From the NCBI RefSeq assembly GCF_016026235.1, contig NZ_CP065613.1: 64,000 nucleotides of DNA, one strand, 5' to 3'. The position numbers were made by a program, and so were the translations under genes. The notes under the pieces are model-generated. The model searched no databases and was not told the DNA's origin. It was given only the letters and a program-made list of their open reading frames with translations. This document shows positions 36,262 to 50,887 of this stretch, in pieces. The first letter of the stretch is position 1. Each line of letters starts with the position of its first letter. This DNA comes from Escherichia coli. GTDB lineage: Bacteria > Pseudomonadota > Gammaproteobacteria > Enterobacterales > Enterobacteriaceae.

Positions 36262-39200
36262 TTACAAACTTCCCGCCTGACGACCTTTGCCCGCAGACGT
36301 CAGCGTTCTCCCCGTTTGTTTACCGTTGAGGCTTTCCAGACGCATCTGGAAGGGCGGGAATGGCATATCGATACCGTGGGCATGGAAGCCAGCCAGAATC
36401 AGCTGGTGGATCTCATGGCGTAGCGGCATACGGTGACCCATCTCAGCGGCGTAAATACGCAGCTCGAAAATCTGAATCCCCTGTTGCAGATCCACCAGGA
36501 AGACTTCCGGTGCCGGGTTGTCGATCACCAGCGAGCAGCGACGCGCTGCGGTGAGCAGGATTTCCGTCACTTCTTCACTGTTGGCATCGGCAGGGGCCGG
36601 AATCGTCAACACCACGCGCGTGACCGAGTCAGAGAGCGACCAGTTGATAAACTGCTCGGTAATAAACGCCTTGTTCGGCACGATTATCTCTTTACGGTCC
36701 CAGTCGCTGATGGTGGTGGCGCGGGTGTTAATTTTTGTCACGCTACCAGTAAGATCGCGGATCGTTACCGTATCGCCAATGCGAATCGGTTTTTCGAACA
36801 GGATGATCAGGCCAGAGATAAAGTTGGCGAAAATTTCCTGCAAACCAAAACCGAGACCAACACCGAGCGCGGCGACCAGCCACTGCAATTTCGACCACTC
36901 AATACCAATCATTGAGAAGCCGACCAGCCCGCCAATCAGCATCAGCAGATATTTGGTGATGGTGGTGATGGCGTAACCCGTACCCGGCGTTAAATCCAGG
37001 TGCTGCAAAATCGCCAGTTCCAGCAGCGCGGGCAGGTTGCGCACCAGCTGCGTGGTGATGATAAACACCAGAATGGCAATCAGCACCGCACCGAGGGTAA
37101 TTGGCTCCAGACTTTCTACGCCCTGTACCGTGGAGGTGACATCCCACAGCGAAATATTTTCGAGGAAGCCGAAAGCGGAATGGATTTCTGACCACAGCAC
37201 AATGACCGAAAGCAGGGCGATCAACATCAAAATTGAGCGCACCAGCCGCAAGGATTGCGCACTAATGGCATCGAGATCGACTTCGCTTTCATCGACTTCA
37301 ATTGCCCCTTCCGGGCTACTGTGATGATGCGCTTCCTCTTCGCCACGCGCGCGTTGCGCTAACATCTCTGCCCGGCGATGCTTCGCCCGGTCAAACGCCA
37401 GCCTGCGCCGCTGGATCAGCATCCAGCGGCGGATAACGTGATAAACCACCAGTAGCAGGAACCAGATGGCAACCGAGGTTTCAAGCCTCGCTAACAGTGC
37501 CTGCGCCGTTGCCAGATAACCCACCGCCGACGCCAGAATGGCAACCAGTGGCGCGCCAATCATCATGTTCCACAGCATATGGTTGGTAATGTTGTCGCCG
37601 CTGCCCTCTTTGTTGAGATACAGCGGGATCCCGGCCTTTTTCAGGCTGAGGGTGACCACCGCCAGCGCACCGCAAATGAGGATAAAGCAAAGCCGTCCCA
37701 GCGAACCGGAAAATTCGCGGTCGTCGAGGTTATCGAACATCATCAGCGCCATAATCAGTGGCACAATAAGCCCGATGCTCATCAGGTAGTAGCGCATCCC
37801 ACGAGAAACACGTTCGCGCGGCCAGCCAAAATGAGCGATAAACAAGCCGTTCGGGCGGGCAAAGGTGGCGCAAATCATCACTACCCACAGCAGCGGCACG
37901 GTGGCTGTTACGCCATCGCCAATCGCGACCGCCAGCGGATAAGGCCACGCCTCGCGCAAGCCGTAACCCAGCGTCATCCACAGCACCGGCAGCGGTGACG
38001 CGACGAGAATCGACCAGAAAAGAGTGCGTAACGTCAGCCAGAAGTGATCCTGAGTCACTTTACCGACTTTCGCCGCCGAACGTTCAAGAAAACGGGTGAA
38101 ATAGCGGCGCGAGTAAATACTGCAACCGACCAGAATCAACGCGCCAAACAGCGGCAAAATCGTCTCTTTGCTGGTCAGCATCATCACACTGGCTTTGCCC
38201 AACTGACTGAAGGTGTCCAGCGAAATGAGACGACGCAGATCCTGGGCGATTTCCAGCGGCCAGGCGATGGTCATCGGGCGCACGTCAGAGGTCCAGAACA
38301 GATAGCGGTGGGTCGCTTCGTTCACCTCTTTCAGCGCATCCTCCAGTTGCCCGTTAGAGACTTTCAGCTTGGTCAGTTCCAGCAGTAGTGTGTCGCCACC
38401 CTGCAACAATGAGTTCAGCAACTCACGCTGAGTGCGTAGCTGTGCTTCGAGAATACGGTTTTGCTCGGCAGTCAGCGGCTGACCGTCGGCCTGATGAATT
38501 TGCCGTAGCAGCGGCTGTTTATTAAGCAGATCCTCATAACGTAACCGTTGCACACGCAACTGCGCCATTTCGGTATCAAGCTGTTGTGGTTTCGGCATTT
38601 CCGGCAGCCGTGCCACCTGCGCCCGCAACGCTTCACCGAGCAGATTGGACGATCCCAGCCATTGCGACTGTTCACGCAGCGTATTCAACGCCTGCCGGAC
38701 CTGTAACGTCTGGCTGGCAGCCTGACGCTGTTGCGAGGCAACGAGATCCATCCGCTGCGCCTGTTGATTCAGCGCCGCCGATAGTTCGCGGTTAATTTTG
38801 AATTGCGCGACGATATCTTTCGGCAAATCGGCACTGTTTTCTGCTAGTAATTCGGTACTTTCCAGCGCCCGCTCTGCCTCAAGCTGGCGTTGGCTGTTCA
38901 ATTGATTACGCAAGGCCTGCAAATACGCATCCAGTTGCTGGCTCTCTTTTTCAGCCAGCTCAGAGCGCAAGCGCGCTAATTCCTGGCGGTTATTGGCAGA
39001 CAGCTGCGCCAGCTCCAGTTCATCAACGAGCGCCTTAAGACGTGCAGAGTCAGACTGCAACGCGAAATTTTGTGCCTGATTGAGCGGAGTATTGCCGGTA
39101 AGCGTCCCCAGGCGGCGCTCGATCTCATTTAACTGACGGCGGGCGTCGGTTTGCTGTTGCGGCAGTTGATTCAGCGAATCGGCAATCTCGCGGGCGCGCT

Positions 39201-39585
39201 CCTGTTCTTGCTGGGCCTGACGGCTTTTATCCAGCAACTGGCTGCTGACCTGGAGAATTTCCTGATTCAGCGCGTCGGTAGACATCCCCAGCGACACGCT
39301 GCGCGGCTCGTCACGCATGTTGTTTAATTGTGCGCGCAGAGTTGCGGAGAGTTTCGGGTAATTATCGATAACTTGCTGATATTGTTTGATGCGCTCAAGG
39401 GAACCTTTTCGTTCCTCAAGCGCATTTAAGGCAGACTGGAGTGCCTCTATGACTTCTGGCTGCGCGGGTTTCGCCGCTTTTGCCTGCTCCAGTTCCTGGG
39501 TGATTTGTTTGCTATCGGGGGCCGTCGCGGCGTACGCCCCCCAACTGAGGCACCAGGCCATCAGAAAAGTGATAATCAGGCGCAC
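36262..39585 (-). CDS. mscM: Miniconductance mechanosensitive channel MscM (1107 aa)
   Basis: 1107-aa ORF, N-terminal signal and long coiled-coil periplasmic region, C-terminal MscS-like domain. Confidence 0.95.
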   Translation of the reverse strand: MRLIITFLMAWCLSWGAYAATAPDSKQITQELEQAKAAKPAQPEVIEALQSALNALEERKGSLERIKQYQQVIDNYPKLSATLRAQLNNMRDEPRSVSLGMSTDALNQEILQVSSQLLDKSRQAQQEQERAREIADSLNQLPQQQTDARRQLNEIERRLGTLTGNTPLNQAQNFALQSDSARLKALVDELELAQLSANNRQELARLRSELAEKESQQLDAYLQALRNQLNSQRQLEAERALESTELLAENSADLPKDIVAQFKINRELSAALNQQAQRMDLVASQQRQAASQTLQVRQALNTLREQSQWLGSSNLLGEALRAQVARLPEMPKPQQLDTEMAQLRVQRLRYEDLLNKQPLLRQIHQADGQPLTAEQNRILEAQLRTQRELLNSLLQGGDTLLLELTKLKVSNGQLEDALKEVNEATHRYLFWTSDVRPMTIAWPLEIAQDLRRLISLDTFSQLGKASVMMLTSKETILPLFGALILVGCSIYSRRYFTRFLERSAAKVGKVTQDHFWLTLRTLFWSILVASPLPVLWMTLGYGLREAWPYPLAVAIGDGVTATVPLLWVVMICATFARPNGLFIAHFGWPRERVSRGMRYYLMSIGLIVPLIMALMMFDNLDDREFSGSLGRLCFILICGALAVVTLSLKKAGIPLYLNKEGSGDNITNHMLWNMMIGAPLVAILASAVGYLATAQALLARLETSVAIWFLLLVVYHVIRRWMLIQRRRLAFDRAKHRRAEMLAQRARGEEEAHHHSSPEGAIEVDESEVDLDAISAQSLRLVRSILMLIALLSVIVLWSEIHSAFGFLENISLWDVTSTVQGVESLEPITLGAVLIAILVFIITTQLVRNLPALLELAILQHLDLTPGTGYAITTITKYLLMLIGGLVGFSMIGIEWSKLQWLVAALGVGLGFGLQEIFANFISGLIILFEKPIRIGDTVTIRDLTGSVTKINTRATTISDWDRKEIIVPNKAFITEQFINWSLSDSVTRVVLTIPAPADANSEEVTEILLTAARRCSLVIDNPAPEVFLVDLQQGIQIFELRIYAAEMGHRMPLRHEIHQLILAGFHAHGIDMPFPPFQMRLESLNGKQTGRTLTSAGKGRQAGSL

Positions 39586-39606
39586 GTCAGCGTTTCCTTT
39601 GATGGA

Positions 39607-40575
39607 TTAGACCTGGTCTTTTTTATCGTCAACCAATGGGCTGGCGTCGTGTTCTGCTTCGATCTCTTCAGCAGGAAGCGGGGCGGGTTCAGCGTCTGGC
39701 GTAACAAAGGTTTCGGTAGATACTGCCAGCGGCTGGCCAATTTTCGTGACAGACAGGCTTTCCAGTTGCTCAACCAGATTCACTTTACCTGGTGCAAACA
39801 GGTTGATAACGGTGGAACCGAGTTTAAAGCGACCCATTTCCTGGCCTTTCAGCAGTGCCACAGAACCGTCGTTTTCCCCGGCAGGCCAGGTCCAGCGCTT
39901 GATGATGCCTTCGCGCGGCGGCGTAATGGTGCCCGCCCAGACAGTCTCAATGCTGCCTACAATCGTCGCCCCGACCAGAATCTGCGCCATTGGGCCAAAT
40001 TCGGTATCGAACAGGCAGATCACGCGTTCGTTACGGGCAAACAGATTCGGCACGTTCTGAGCGGTGAGATGGTTAACGGAAAAGAGATCGCCCGGCACGT
40101 AGATCATCTCACGCAGAATACCGTTGCACGGCATGTGTACGCGGTGGTAGTCACGCGGGGAGAGGTAAGTGGTCACAAACGTACCGTTGCGGAACAGGTC
40201 CGCCATCAGATAGTTGCCTGCCAGCAGGGCTTCGAGGCTGTAGTTGTGGCCTTTGGCTTGCAGGATTTTATCTTCTTCGATTTTACCCAACTGGCTGATA
40301 ACGCCATCGGCAGGCATAACCAGGACATTCGGATCGGTATCGATTGGGCGTACTTCGTCACGCAGCGGACGGACAAAGAATTCGTTAAAGGTGCGGTAGC
40401 TGGCGGTGTCCGGCTTTTGCGCCTCTTTCATGTCGACCTTGTAGTATTTAACGAACAGATCGATAACCAGTTTTGTCAGCCATCCTGCCCGCTTGCTTGC
40501 GCCCCAACCCGCCAGGCGAGTAAGCCATAGTTTCGGCAGAATGTACTGTAGCGAAAGTTTAAATGAATTTAACAA
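39607..40575 (-). CDS. psd: Phosphatidylserine decarboxylase proenzyme (322 aa)
   Basis: [28 protein letters not shown]...; LGST self-cleavage motif present (KLGSTV). Confidence 0.95.
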
Positions 40576-40671
40576 GGTAGCCTCCAGGCCATTGTTTTGT
40601 CGTTCCTGATCCGGCCTACATGCCGGATCCTGAAAAAAAGGGGACGATTCTAACGACGGTTAGCTTAATTG

Positions 40672-41724
40672 TCAGTCATCCGTATCAGAAAAGTTTTTAC
40701 GCGTTTTTACCTGCGCCATGCTTTCCAGAATACGGTGATAGTTTTCGAAACGGGTTTCCGCGATTTTCCCTTCCTCAACCGCTTCCCGGATAGCGCAGCC
40801 CGGATCGGTATCGTGTTTGCAATCGCGATATTTACACAGACCTAAATAGTCATGGAATTCGACAAAGCCCTGAGTGATTTGTTCCGGCTCCAGGTGCCAG
40901 AGGCCGAACTCACGCACACCAGGGGAATCAATCACATCACCGCCGTGCGGGAAGTGATACAGGCGTGCGGCGGTCGTGGTGTGTTGACCGAGACCCGAGT
41001 TGTCAGAGACATCGTTGGTCAGGATCTCTTTTTGCAGCCCCAGCAACGCGTTCAGCAGGCTGGATTTACCAACGCCAGACTGCCCGGCAAAAATGCTGAT
41101 GCGCCCGGTCAACGCCTCTTCCAGCGGTTTTAGCCCATCCTGAGTATGGCTGGAAACCATCAATACGCGATAACCGATATTGCGGTAGATATCCATCTGC
41201 TCGTTGACGAACGCCATGCCTTCGTCGTCCAGCAGGTCTATCTTATTGAGCACAATAATCGGCTCAATCTGCAAGGTTTCGCAGGCCACTAGGTAACGGT
41301 CGATAATATTGAGCGACAGCTCCGGCAAAATGGCGGAGACAATGACAATCTGGTCGATGTTGGCGGCAATAGGTTTCACGCCGTCGTAGAAATCCGGACG
41401 CGTCAACACCGAGGTGCGCTCATGCACCGCTTCCACGATCCCTTTGACATTTACGCCTTCCGCCGCCGGTTTACCCGGACGCCAGACTACGCGGTCGCCG
41501 GTCACCAGCGAACGGATGGTACGGCGAATATTGCAGCGGTGAACGTCGCCATCGGCGGATTCCACATCAGCGTGCATACCAAAGCGGCTGATGACGATAC
41601 CTTCATCAGGCTCGCCAAACAGATTGTCGTCGTAGTCGGGCTTCTCCTTAGACGTTTTAAGACGACGCTGGTGATTGGCGTTCACGCGGCGCTGCTGGCC
41701 TTTGGAGAGTTTATTTTTACTCAA
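40672..41724 (-). CDS. rsgA: Ribosome small-subunit biogenesis GTPase RsgA (350 aa)
   Basis: ORF 40672..41757; probable TTG start at 41724 with aggag 8 nt upstream; GTPase G-motifs and C-terminal zinc-binding Cys cluster. Confidence 0.88.
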
Positions 41725-41818
41725 TCGTACAGACTCCTGGTCGCCCCTGATGGGCAAAACATCTATGATACACGCAATTGTGGATCAATATAGTCACTGT
41801 GAATGGGTGGAAAATAGC

Positions 41819-42364
41819 ATGAGTGCCAATGAAAACAACCTGATTTGGATCGATCTTGAGATGACCGGTCTGGATCCCGAGCGCGATCGCATTATTGAGA
41901 TTGCCACGCTGGTGACCGATGCCAACCTGAATATTCTGGCAGAAGGGCCGACCATTGCAGTACACCAGTCTGATGAACAGCTGGCGCTGATGGATGACTG
42001 GAACGTGCGCACCCATACCGCCAGCGGGCTGGTGGAGCGCGTGAAAGCGAGCACGATGGGCGATCGTGAAGCTGAACTGGCAACGCTCGAATTCTTAAAA
42101 CAGTGGGTGCCTGCGGGAAAATCGCCGATTTGCGGTAACAGCATCGGCCAGGATCGTCGCTTCCTGTTTAAATACATGCCGGAGCTGGAAGCCTACTTCC
42201 ACTACCGTTATCTCGATGTCAGCACCCTGAAAGAGCTGGCGCGCCGCTGGAAGCCGGAAATTCTGGATGGTTTTACCAAGCAGGGGACGCATCAGGCGAT
42301 GGATGATATCCGTGAATCGGTGGCGGAGCTGGCTTACTACCGCGAGCATTTTATCAAGCTGTAA
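41819..42364 (+). CDS. orn: Oligoribonuclease Orn (181 aa)
   Basis: ORF trimmed to [23 protein letters not shown]... DEDDh exonuclease. Confidence 0.95.
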
Positions 42365-42489
42365 AATTTTTGCTGGTCACGTAAGCGCCGGAATCCACTT
42401 GCGGCGGCGTGATTTTGACGCTAAATTGAACGTCTTGCTGATAATTTCAGCACTTGAGATAAAAACTCAAAAAAAATTTTTTAGGGGGG

Positions 42490-42517
42490 TTGCAGAGGGA
42501 AAGATTTCTCGTATAAT
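42490..42517 (+). promoter_or_regulatory. glyVXY promoter (sigma-70, stable-RNA type)
   Basis: ttgcag (42490-42495), 16-bp spacer, tataat (42512-42517), GC-rich discriminator gcgcctcc, A/T-rich UP-like tract upstream. Confidence 0.6.
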
Positions 42518-42574
42518 GCGCCTCCCGTAACGACGCAGAAATGCGAAAATTACGAAAGCAAAATTAAGTAGTAC

Positions 42575-42650
<76 letters not shown>

Positions 42651-42686
42651 AAATTTGAAAAGTGCTGCAAAGCACAGACCACCCAA

Positions 42687-42762
<76 letters not shown>

Positions 42763-42797
42763 AAATTTGAAAGTGCTGTAAGGCACAGACCACCCAA

Positions 42798-42873
<76 letters not shown>

Positions 42874-42884
42874 AATTCTTCTCT

Positions 42885-43145
42885 CAATAAAATATCCACA
42901 GCGACGCGATGCGTTATTGCTGGTTTTTGTTGTCTCTGACAAACTCTTGTAAACAGAGTTATCCACAGCCTCAGGCTGTAATCTTAATTTCAAAGAAACT
43001 TCGCACGGTGAATAGTATTTTTTTAACCTATTGATAGATAAGTTAAAAATTAAGATTTCGTTTTGTCGAGTCGATCACTTGACGATTTTATTCGTCTTGA
43101 ATTGCAATGCGTTTTTATTTTTATTCACAAGCTGTGGATGAATCA
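42885..43145. other. datA: datA-like DnaA-titration locus (DnaA-box cluster with IHF site)
   Basis: DnaA-box matches atatccaca (42892), ttatccaca (42959), ttattcaca (43121), inverted tgtggatga (43134); IHF-consensus match tatcaataggtta on minus strand near 43025-43037. Confidence 0.55.
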
Positions 43146-44280
43146 GGCGTCACGCGGTAACCCTTTTTCAATTACCCGAACCAGACGCTGTTTTTTCGGC
43201 AATTGCACTTCGACTATGCACGCATTTCGCCTCTCGATTTGCTGCGCCATCGCCCACGCTATGTGCTCATCAAGAAGTGGGTGCTCACCTTTGCGACTCT
43301 CCAGCGCCGCCAGAATCGTTTCATCCCAGGGCGCATTGCCTAATGCCACGGCGATATTACGCAGCCAGCGCAGGTGACCTATACGGCGAATCGCCGAACC
43401 TTCCGTGACTTTTAAAAACTTCTCTTCGCTCCAGGCGAATAACTCAATGAGTTCCGGTGCGTGTAGCGGCTTACGCGGGCTGAAATCGTCTTCTGTAGTG
43501 AGTTGTGAATAGCGATTCCACGGGCAGATAAGCTGGCAGTCATCGCAACCGTAAATACGGTTTCCCATTAACGGTCGCAACTCTTCCGGGATCGCCCCTT
43601 CCAGTTCGATGGTGAGATAAGAGATACAGCGGCGAGCATCGACGGTATATGGCTCGACGATGGCACCGGTCGGGCAAATCGTCATACAGGCCACGCATTT
43701 GCCGCATCCTTCCTCGACTGGTTGATCCACGGGCAGCGGAATATCGACCAGCAATTCGCCTAAAAAGAAGAACGAACCGGCCTCGCGATTGAGGATAAGT
43801 GAGTGCTTACCTGTCCAGCCGAGCCCAGCTTTTTCAGCTAACGGGCGCTCGAGAATAGGCGCAGAATCGACAAACGGTCTAAAATTCAGCGAAACACAAT
43901 GTTGCTGAATCATCTCGCCCAGCTTTTTGAGTCGGTTGCGCAGAAGTTTGTGATAGTCACGGCCCAGCGCATAACGGCTAACATAGCCGAGTTTGGGGTT
44001 TTTCAGCGTGCTGGCAAATGCGGCGTTAGCAGGAAGGTAATTCATCCGCACGCTGATCACGCGCAGCGTACCGGGCAATAACTCATGAGGGCGAGCGCGC
44101 AGCATACCGTGACGTGCCATCCAGTCCATTTCGCCGTGGTATTGTTTGTCCAGCCATGCTTGCAGTTTGGGCTCGGACTCGCTGAGATCGGTATCGGTAA
44201 TACCTACCTGCTGAAAGCCCAGTTCCAGCCCCCACTGTTTAATTTTTTGCGCTAACTGATTGAGATCGAGGGGCTCTGAC

Positions 44281-44282
<2 letters not shown>
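43143..44282 (-). CDS. queG: Epoxyqueuosine reductase QueG (379 aa)
   Basis: ORF 43143..44390 trimmed to MSEPLDLNQLAQKIKQWG...; two 4Fe-4S ferredoxin-type Cys motifs. Confidence 0.9.
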
Positions 44283-46261
<1,979 letters not shown>

Positions 46262-46279
46262 CCTTTGAAAGGTGGCGGG

Positions 46280-47617
46280 ATGATGTATCGCATCAGAAAT
46301 TGGTTGGTAGCGACGCTGCTGCTGCTGTGCACGCCGGTGGGTGCCGCGACGCTCTCTGATATTCAGGTTTCTAACGGTAATCAACAGGCGCGGATAACGT
46401 TGAGTTTTATTGGCGATCCTGATTATGCGTTTAGCCATCAAAGCAAACGCACCGTGGCGCTCGATATCAAACAAACGGGCGTGATTCAGGGACTGCCGTT
46501 GTTGTTCAGCGGCAATAATCTGGTGAAGGCGATTCGCTCTGGAACGCCTAAAGATGCACAAACGCTACGGCTGGTGGTCGATCTTACCGAAAACGGTAAA
46601 ACCGAAGCGGTGAAGCGGCAGAATGGCAGCAATTACACTGTCGTCTTTACGATTAACGCCGATGTGCCGCCACCGCCTCCTCCGCCGCCCGTGGTTGCGA
46701 AACGCGTTGAAACGCCTGCGGTTGTCGCACCGCGCGTCAGCGAACCGGCGCGCAATCCGTTTAAAACGGAAAGTAACCGCACTACGGGTGTTATCAGCAG
46801 TAATACGGTAACGCGTCCGGCAGCGCGCGCGACGGCTAACACTGGCGATAAAATTATCATCGCTATTGATGCCGGACACGGCGGTCAGGACCCTGGCGCT
46901 ATCGGCCCCGGTGGTACGCGGGAGAAAAATGTCACCATCGCCATCGCGCGTAAATTGCGTACTTTGCTCAATGACGATCCGATGTTTAAAGGCGTTTTAA
47001 CCCGTGACGGGGATTACTTTATCTCGGTGATGGGGCGCAGTGATGTGGCACGTAAGCAAAACGCCAATTTCCTCGTGTCGATTCACGCTGATGCCGCACC
47101 GAACCGCAGTGCGACTGGCGCTTCCGTATGGGTGCTCTCTAACCGTCGCGCCAACAGCGAAATGGCCAGCTGGCTGGAACAGCATGAGAAACAGTCGGAG
47201 CTGCTGGGCGGGGCGGGTGATGTGCTGGCGAACAGTCAGTCTGACCCCTATTTAAGCCAGGCGGTGCTGGATTTACAGTTCGGTCATTCCCAGCGGGTAG
47301 GGTATGATGTAGCGACCAGTATGATCAGTCAGTTGCAACGCATTGGCGAAATACATAAACGCCGACCAGAACACGCGAGTCTCGGCGTTCTGCGTTCGCC
47401 GGATATCCCGTCAGTACTGGTCGAAACCGGTTTTATCAGCAACAACAGCGAAGAACGTTTGCTGGCGAGCGACGATTACCAACAACAGCTGGCAGAAGCC
47501 ATTTACAAAGGCCTGCGCAATTATTTCCTTGCGCATCCGATGCAATCTGCGCCGCAGGGTGCAACGGCACAAACGGCCAGTACGGTGACGACGCCAGATC
47601 GCACGCTGCCAAACTAA
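46280..47617 (+). CDS. amiB: N-acetylmuramoyl-L-alanine amidase AmiB (445 aa)
   Basis: ORF trimmed to [22 protein letters not shown] signal peptide; amidase_3 domain. Confidence 0.95.
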
Positions 47618-47626
47618 GGACGATTG

Positions 47627-49474
47627 ATGCCAATTCAGGTCTTACCGCCACAACTGGCGAACCAGATTGCCGCAGGTGAGGTGGTCGAGCGACCTGCGTC
47701 GGTAGTCAAAGAACTGGTGGAAAACAGCCTCGATGCAGGTGCGACGCGTATCGATATTGATATCGAACGCGGTGGGGCGAAACTTATCCGCATTCGTGAT
47801 AACGGCTGCGGTATCAAAAAAGATGAGCTGGCGCTGGCGCTGGCGCGTCATGCCACCAGTAAAATCGCCTCTCTGGACGATCTCGAAGCCATTATCAGCC
47901 TGGGCTTTCGCGGTGAGGCGCTGGCGAGTATCAGTTCGGTTTCCCGCCTGACGCTCACTTCACGTACCGCAGAACAGCAGGAAGCCTGGCAGGCCTATGC
48001 CGAAGGGCGCGATATGAACGTGACGGTAAAACCGGCGGCGCATCCTGTGGGGACGACGCTGGAGGTGCTGGATCTGTTCTACAACACCCCGGCGCGGCGC
48101 AAATTCCTGCGCACCGAGAAAACCGAATTTAACCACATTGATGAGATCATCCGCCGCATTGCGCTGGCGCGTTTCGACGTCACGATCAACCTGTCGCATA
48201 ACGGTAAAATTGTGCGTCAGTACCGCGCAGTGCCGGAAGGCGGGCAAAAAGAACGGCGCTTAGGCGCGATTTGCGGCACCGCTTTTCTCGAACAAGCGCT
48301 GGCGATTGAATGGCAACACGGCGATCTCATGCTGCGCGGCTGGGTGGCCGATCCAAATCACACTACGCCCGCACTGGCGGAAATTCAGTATTGCTACGTG
48401 AATGGTCGCATGATGCGCGATCGCCTGATCAATCACGCGATCCGCCAGGCCTGCGAAGACAAACTGGGGGCCGATCAGCAACCGGCATTTGTGTTGTATC
48501 TGGAGATCGACCCACATCAGGTGGACGTCAACGTGCACCCCGCCAAACACGAAGTGCGTTTTCATCAGTCGCGTCTGGTGCATGACTTTATCTATCAAGG
48601 CGTGCTGAGCGTGTTACAGCAGCAACTGGAAACGCCGCTACCGCTGGACGATGAACCACAACCCGCACCGCGTGCCATTCCGGAAAACCGCGTGGCGGCG
48701 GGGCGCAATCACTTTGCAGAACCGGCAGCTCGGGAGCCGGTAGCTCCGCGTTACACTCCTGCGCCAGCATCAGGCAGTCGTCCGGCTGCCTCCTGGCCGA
48801 ATGCGCAGCCAGGCTACCAGAAACAGCAAGGTGAAGTGTATCGCCAGCTTTTGCAAACGCCCGCGCCGATGCAAAAACCAAAAGCGCCGGAACCGCAGGA
48901 ACCTGCACTTGCGGCGAACAGTCAGAGTTTTGGTCGGGTACTGACTATCGTCCATTCCGACTGTGCGTTGCTGGAGCGCGATGGCAACATTTCACTTTTA
49001 TCCTTGCCAGTGGCAGAACGTTGGCTACGTCAGGCACAATTGACGCCGGGTGAAGCGCCCGTTTGCGCCCAGCCGCTGCTGATTCCGTTGCGGCTAAAAG
49101 TTTCTGCCGAAGAAAAATCGGCATTAGAAAAAGCGCAGTCTGCCCTGGCGGAATTGGGTATTGATTTCCAGTCAGATGCACAGCATGTGACCATCAGGGC
49201 CGTGCCTTTACCCTTACGCCAACAAAATTTACAAATCTTGATTCCTGAACTGATAGGCTACCTGGCGAAGCAGTCCGTATTCGAACCTGGCAATATTGCG
49301 CAGTGGATTGCACGAAATCTGATGAGCGAACATGCGCAGTGGTCAATGGCACAGGCCATAACCCTGCTGGCGGACGTGGAACGGTTATGTCCGCAACTTG
49401 TGAAAACGCCGCCGGGTGGTCTGTTACAATCTGTTGATTTACATCCGGCGATAAAAGCCCTGAAAGATGAGTGA
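47627..49474 (+). CDS. mutL: DNA mismatch repair protein MutL (615 aa)
   Basis: [39 protein letters not shown]... GHKL ATPase. Confidence 0.97.
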
Positions 49475-50417
49475 TATCAGTAAGGCGAGCCTGCCTAAGG
49501 CGATTTTTTTGATGGGGCCGACGGCCTCCGGTAAAACGGCGTTAGCCATTGAGCTGCGTAAAATTTTACCAGTAGAGTTGATAAGCGTTGATTCTGCCCT
49601 TATTTACAAAGGGATGGATATCGGGACGGCGAAGCCGAACGCTGAAGAGTTACTCGCCGCGCCGCACCGATTGCTGGATATTCGCGATCCGTCGCAGGCT
49701 TACTCGGCTGCTGATTTTCGCCGCGATGCGCTGGCGGAAATGGCCGATATCACCGCGGCGGGGCGGATCCCACTGTTAGTGGGCGGTACGATGTTGTATT
49801 TCAAGGCATTGCTGGAAGGGTTGTCGCCGCTACCGTCGGCAGACCCGGAAGTACGGGCCAGAATTGAGCAACAGGCGGCAGAGCAAGGTTGGGAGTCATT
49901 GCATCGTCAACTTCAGGAGGTAGATCCGGTTGCGGCAGCAAGGATTCATCCAAATGATCCACAAAGGCTTTCCCGGGCACTGGAAGTTTTTTTCATTTCG
50001 GGTAAAACTTTAACGGAACTGACGCAAACGTCAGGAGACGCTCTACCGTATCAGGTGCATCAGTTCGCCATCGCCCCGGCGAGCCGTGAACTGCTCCATC
50101 AACGCATTGAGCAGCGTTTTCATCAGATGTTGGCTTCAGGTTTTGAAGCAGAAGTCCGGGCGCTTTTTGCCCGAGGAGATTTGCATACGGACTTGCCTTC
50201 CATTCGTTGCGTGGGTTATCGCCAGATGTGGTCTTACCTTGAAGGCGAAATCTCATACGATGAAATGGTTTATCGAGGTGTTTGCGCCACGAGACAGTTG
50301 GCGAAGCGGCAGATAACCTGGCTGCGTGGTTGGGAAGGGGTTCACTGGCTTGATAGTGAAAAACCAGAACAGGCGCGTGACGAAGTATTACAGGTTGTTG
50401 GTGCTATCGCAGGCTGA
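49467..50417 (+). CDS. miaA: tRNA dimethylallyltransferase MiaA (316 aa)
   Basis: P-loop GPTASGKT; overlaps mutL stop by 8 nt. Confidence 0.97.
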
Positions 50418-50490
50418 ATGTGTACAATTGAGACGTATCGTGCGCAATTTTTTCAGAATCGAAAGGTTCAAAGTACAAATAAGCATATAA

Positions 50491-50832
<342 letters not shown>

Positions 50833-50887
50833 CACGGGGAGCCAGCGATCCTGCGTTCCCCGCTGATCTATTTAGAGGGTTATACGC

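Noticed and set aside
39505..40530. 341-aa plus-strand ORF opposite psd
   Set aside because: Antisense to the conserved psd frame, which contains the LGST self-cleavage motif.
46667..46690. Run of CCG/CCT codons
   Set aside because: Encodes a poly-proline linker (PPPPPPPV) inside AmiB; low-complexity coding sequence only.
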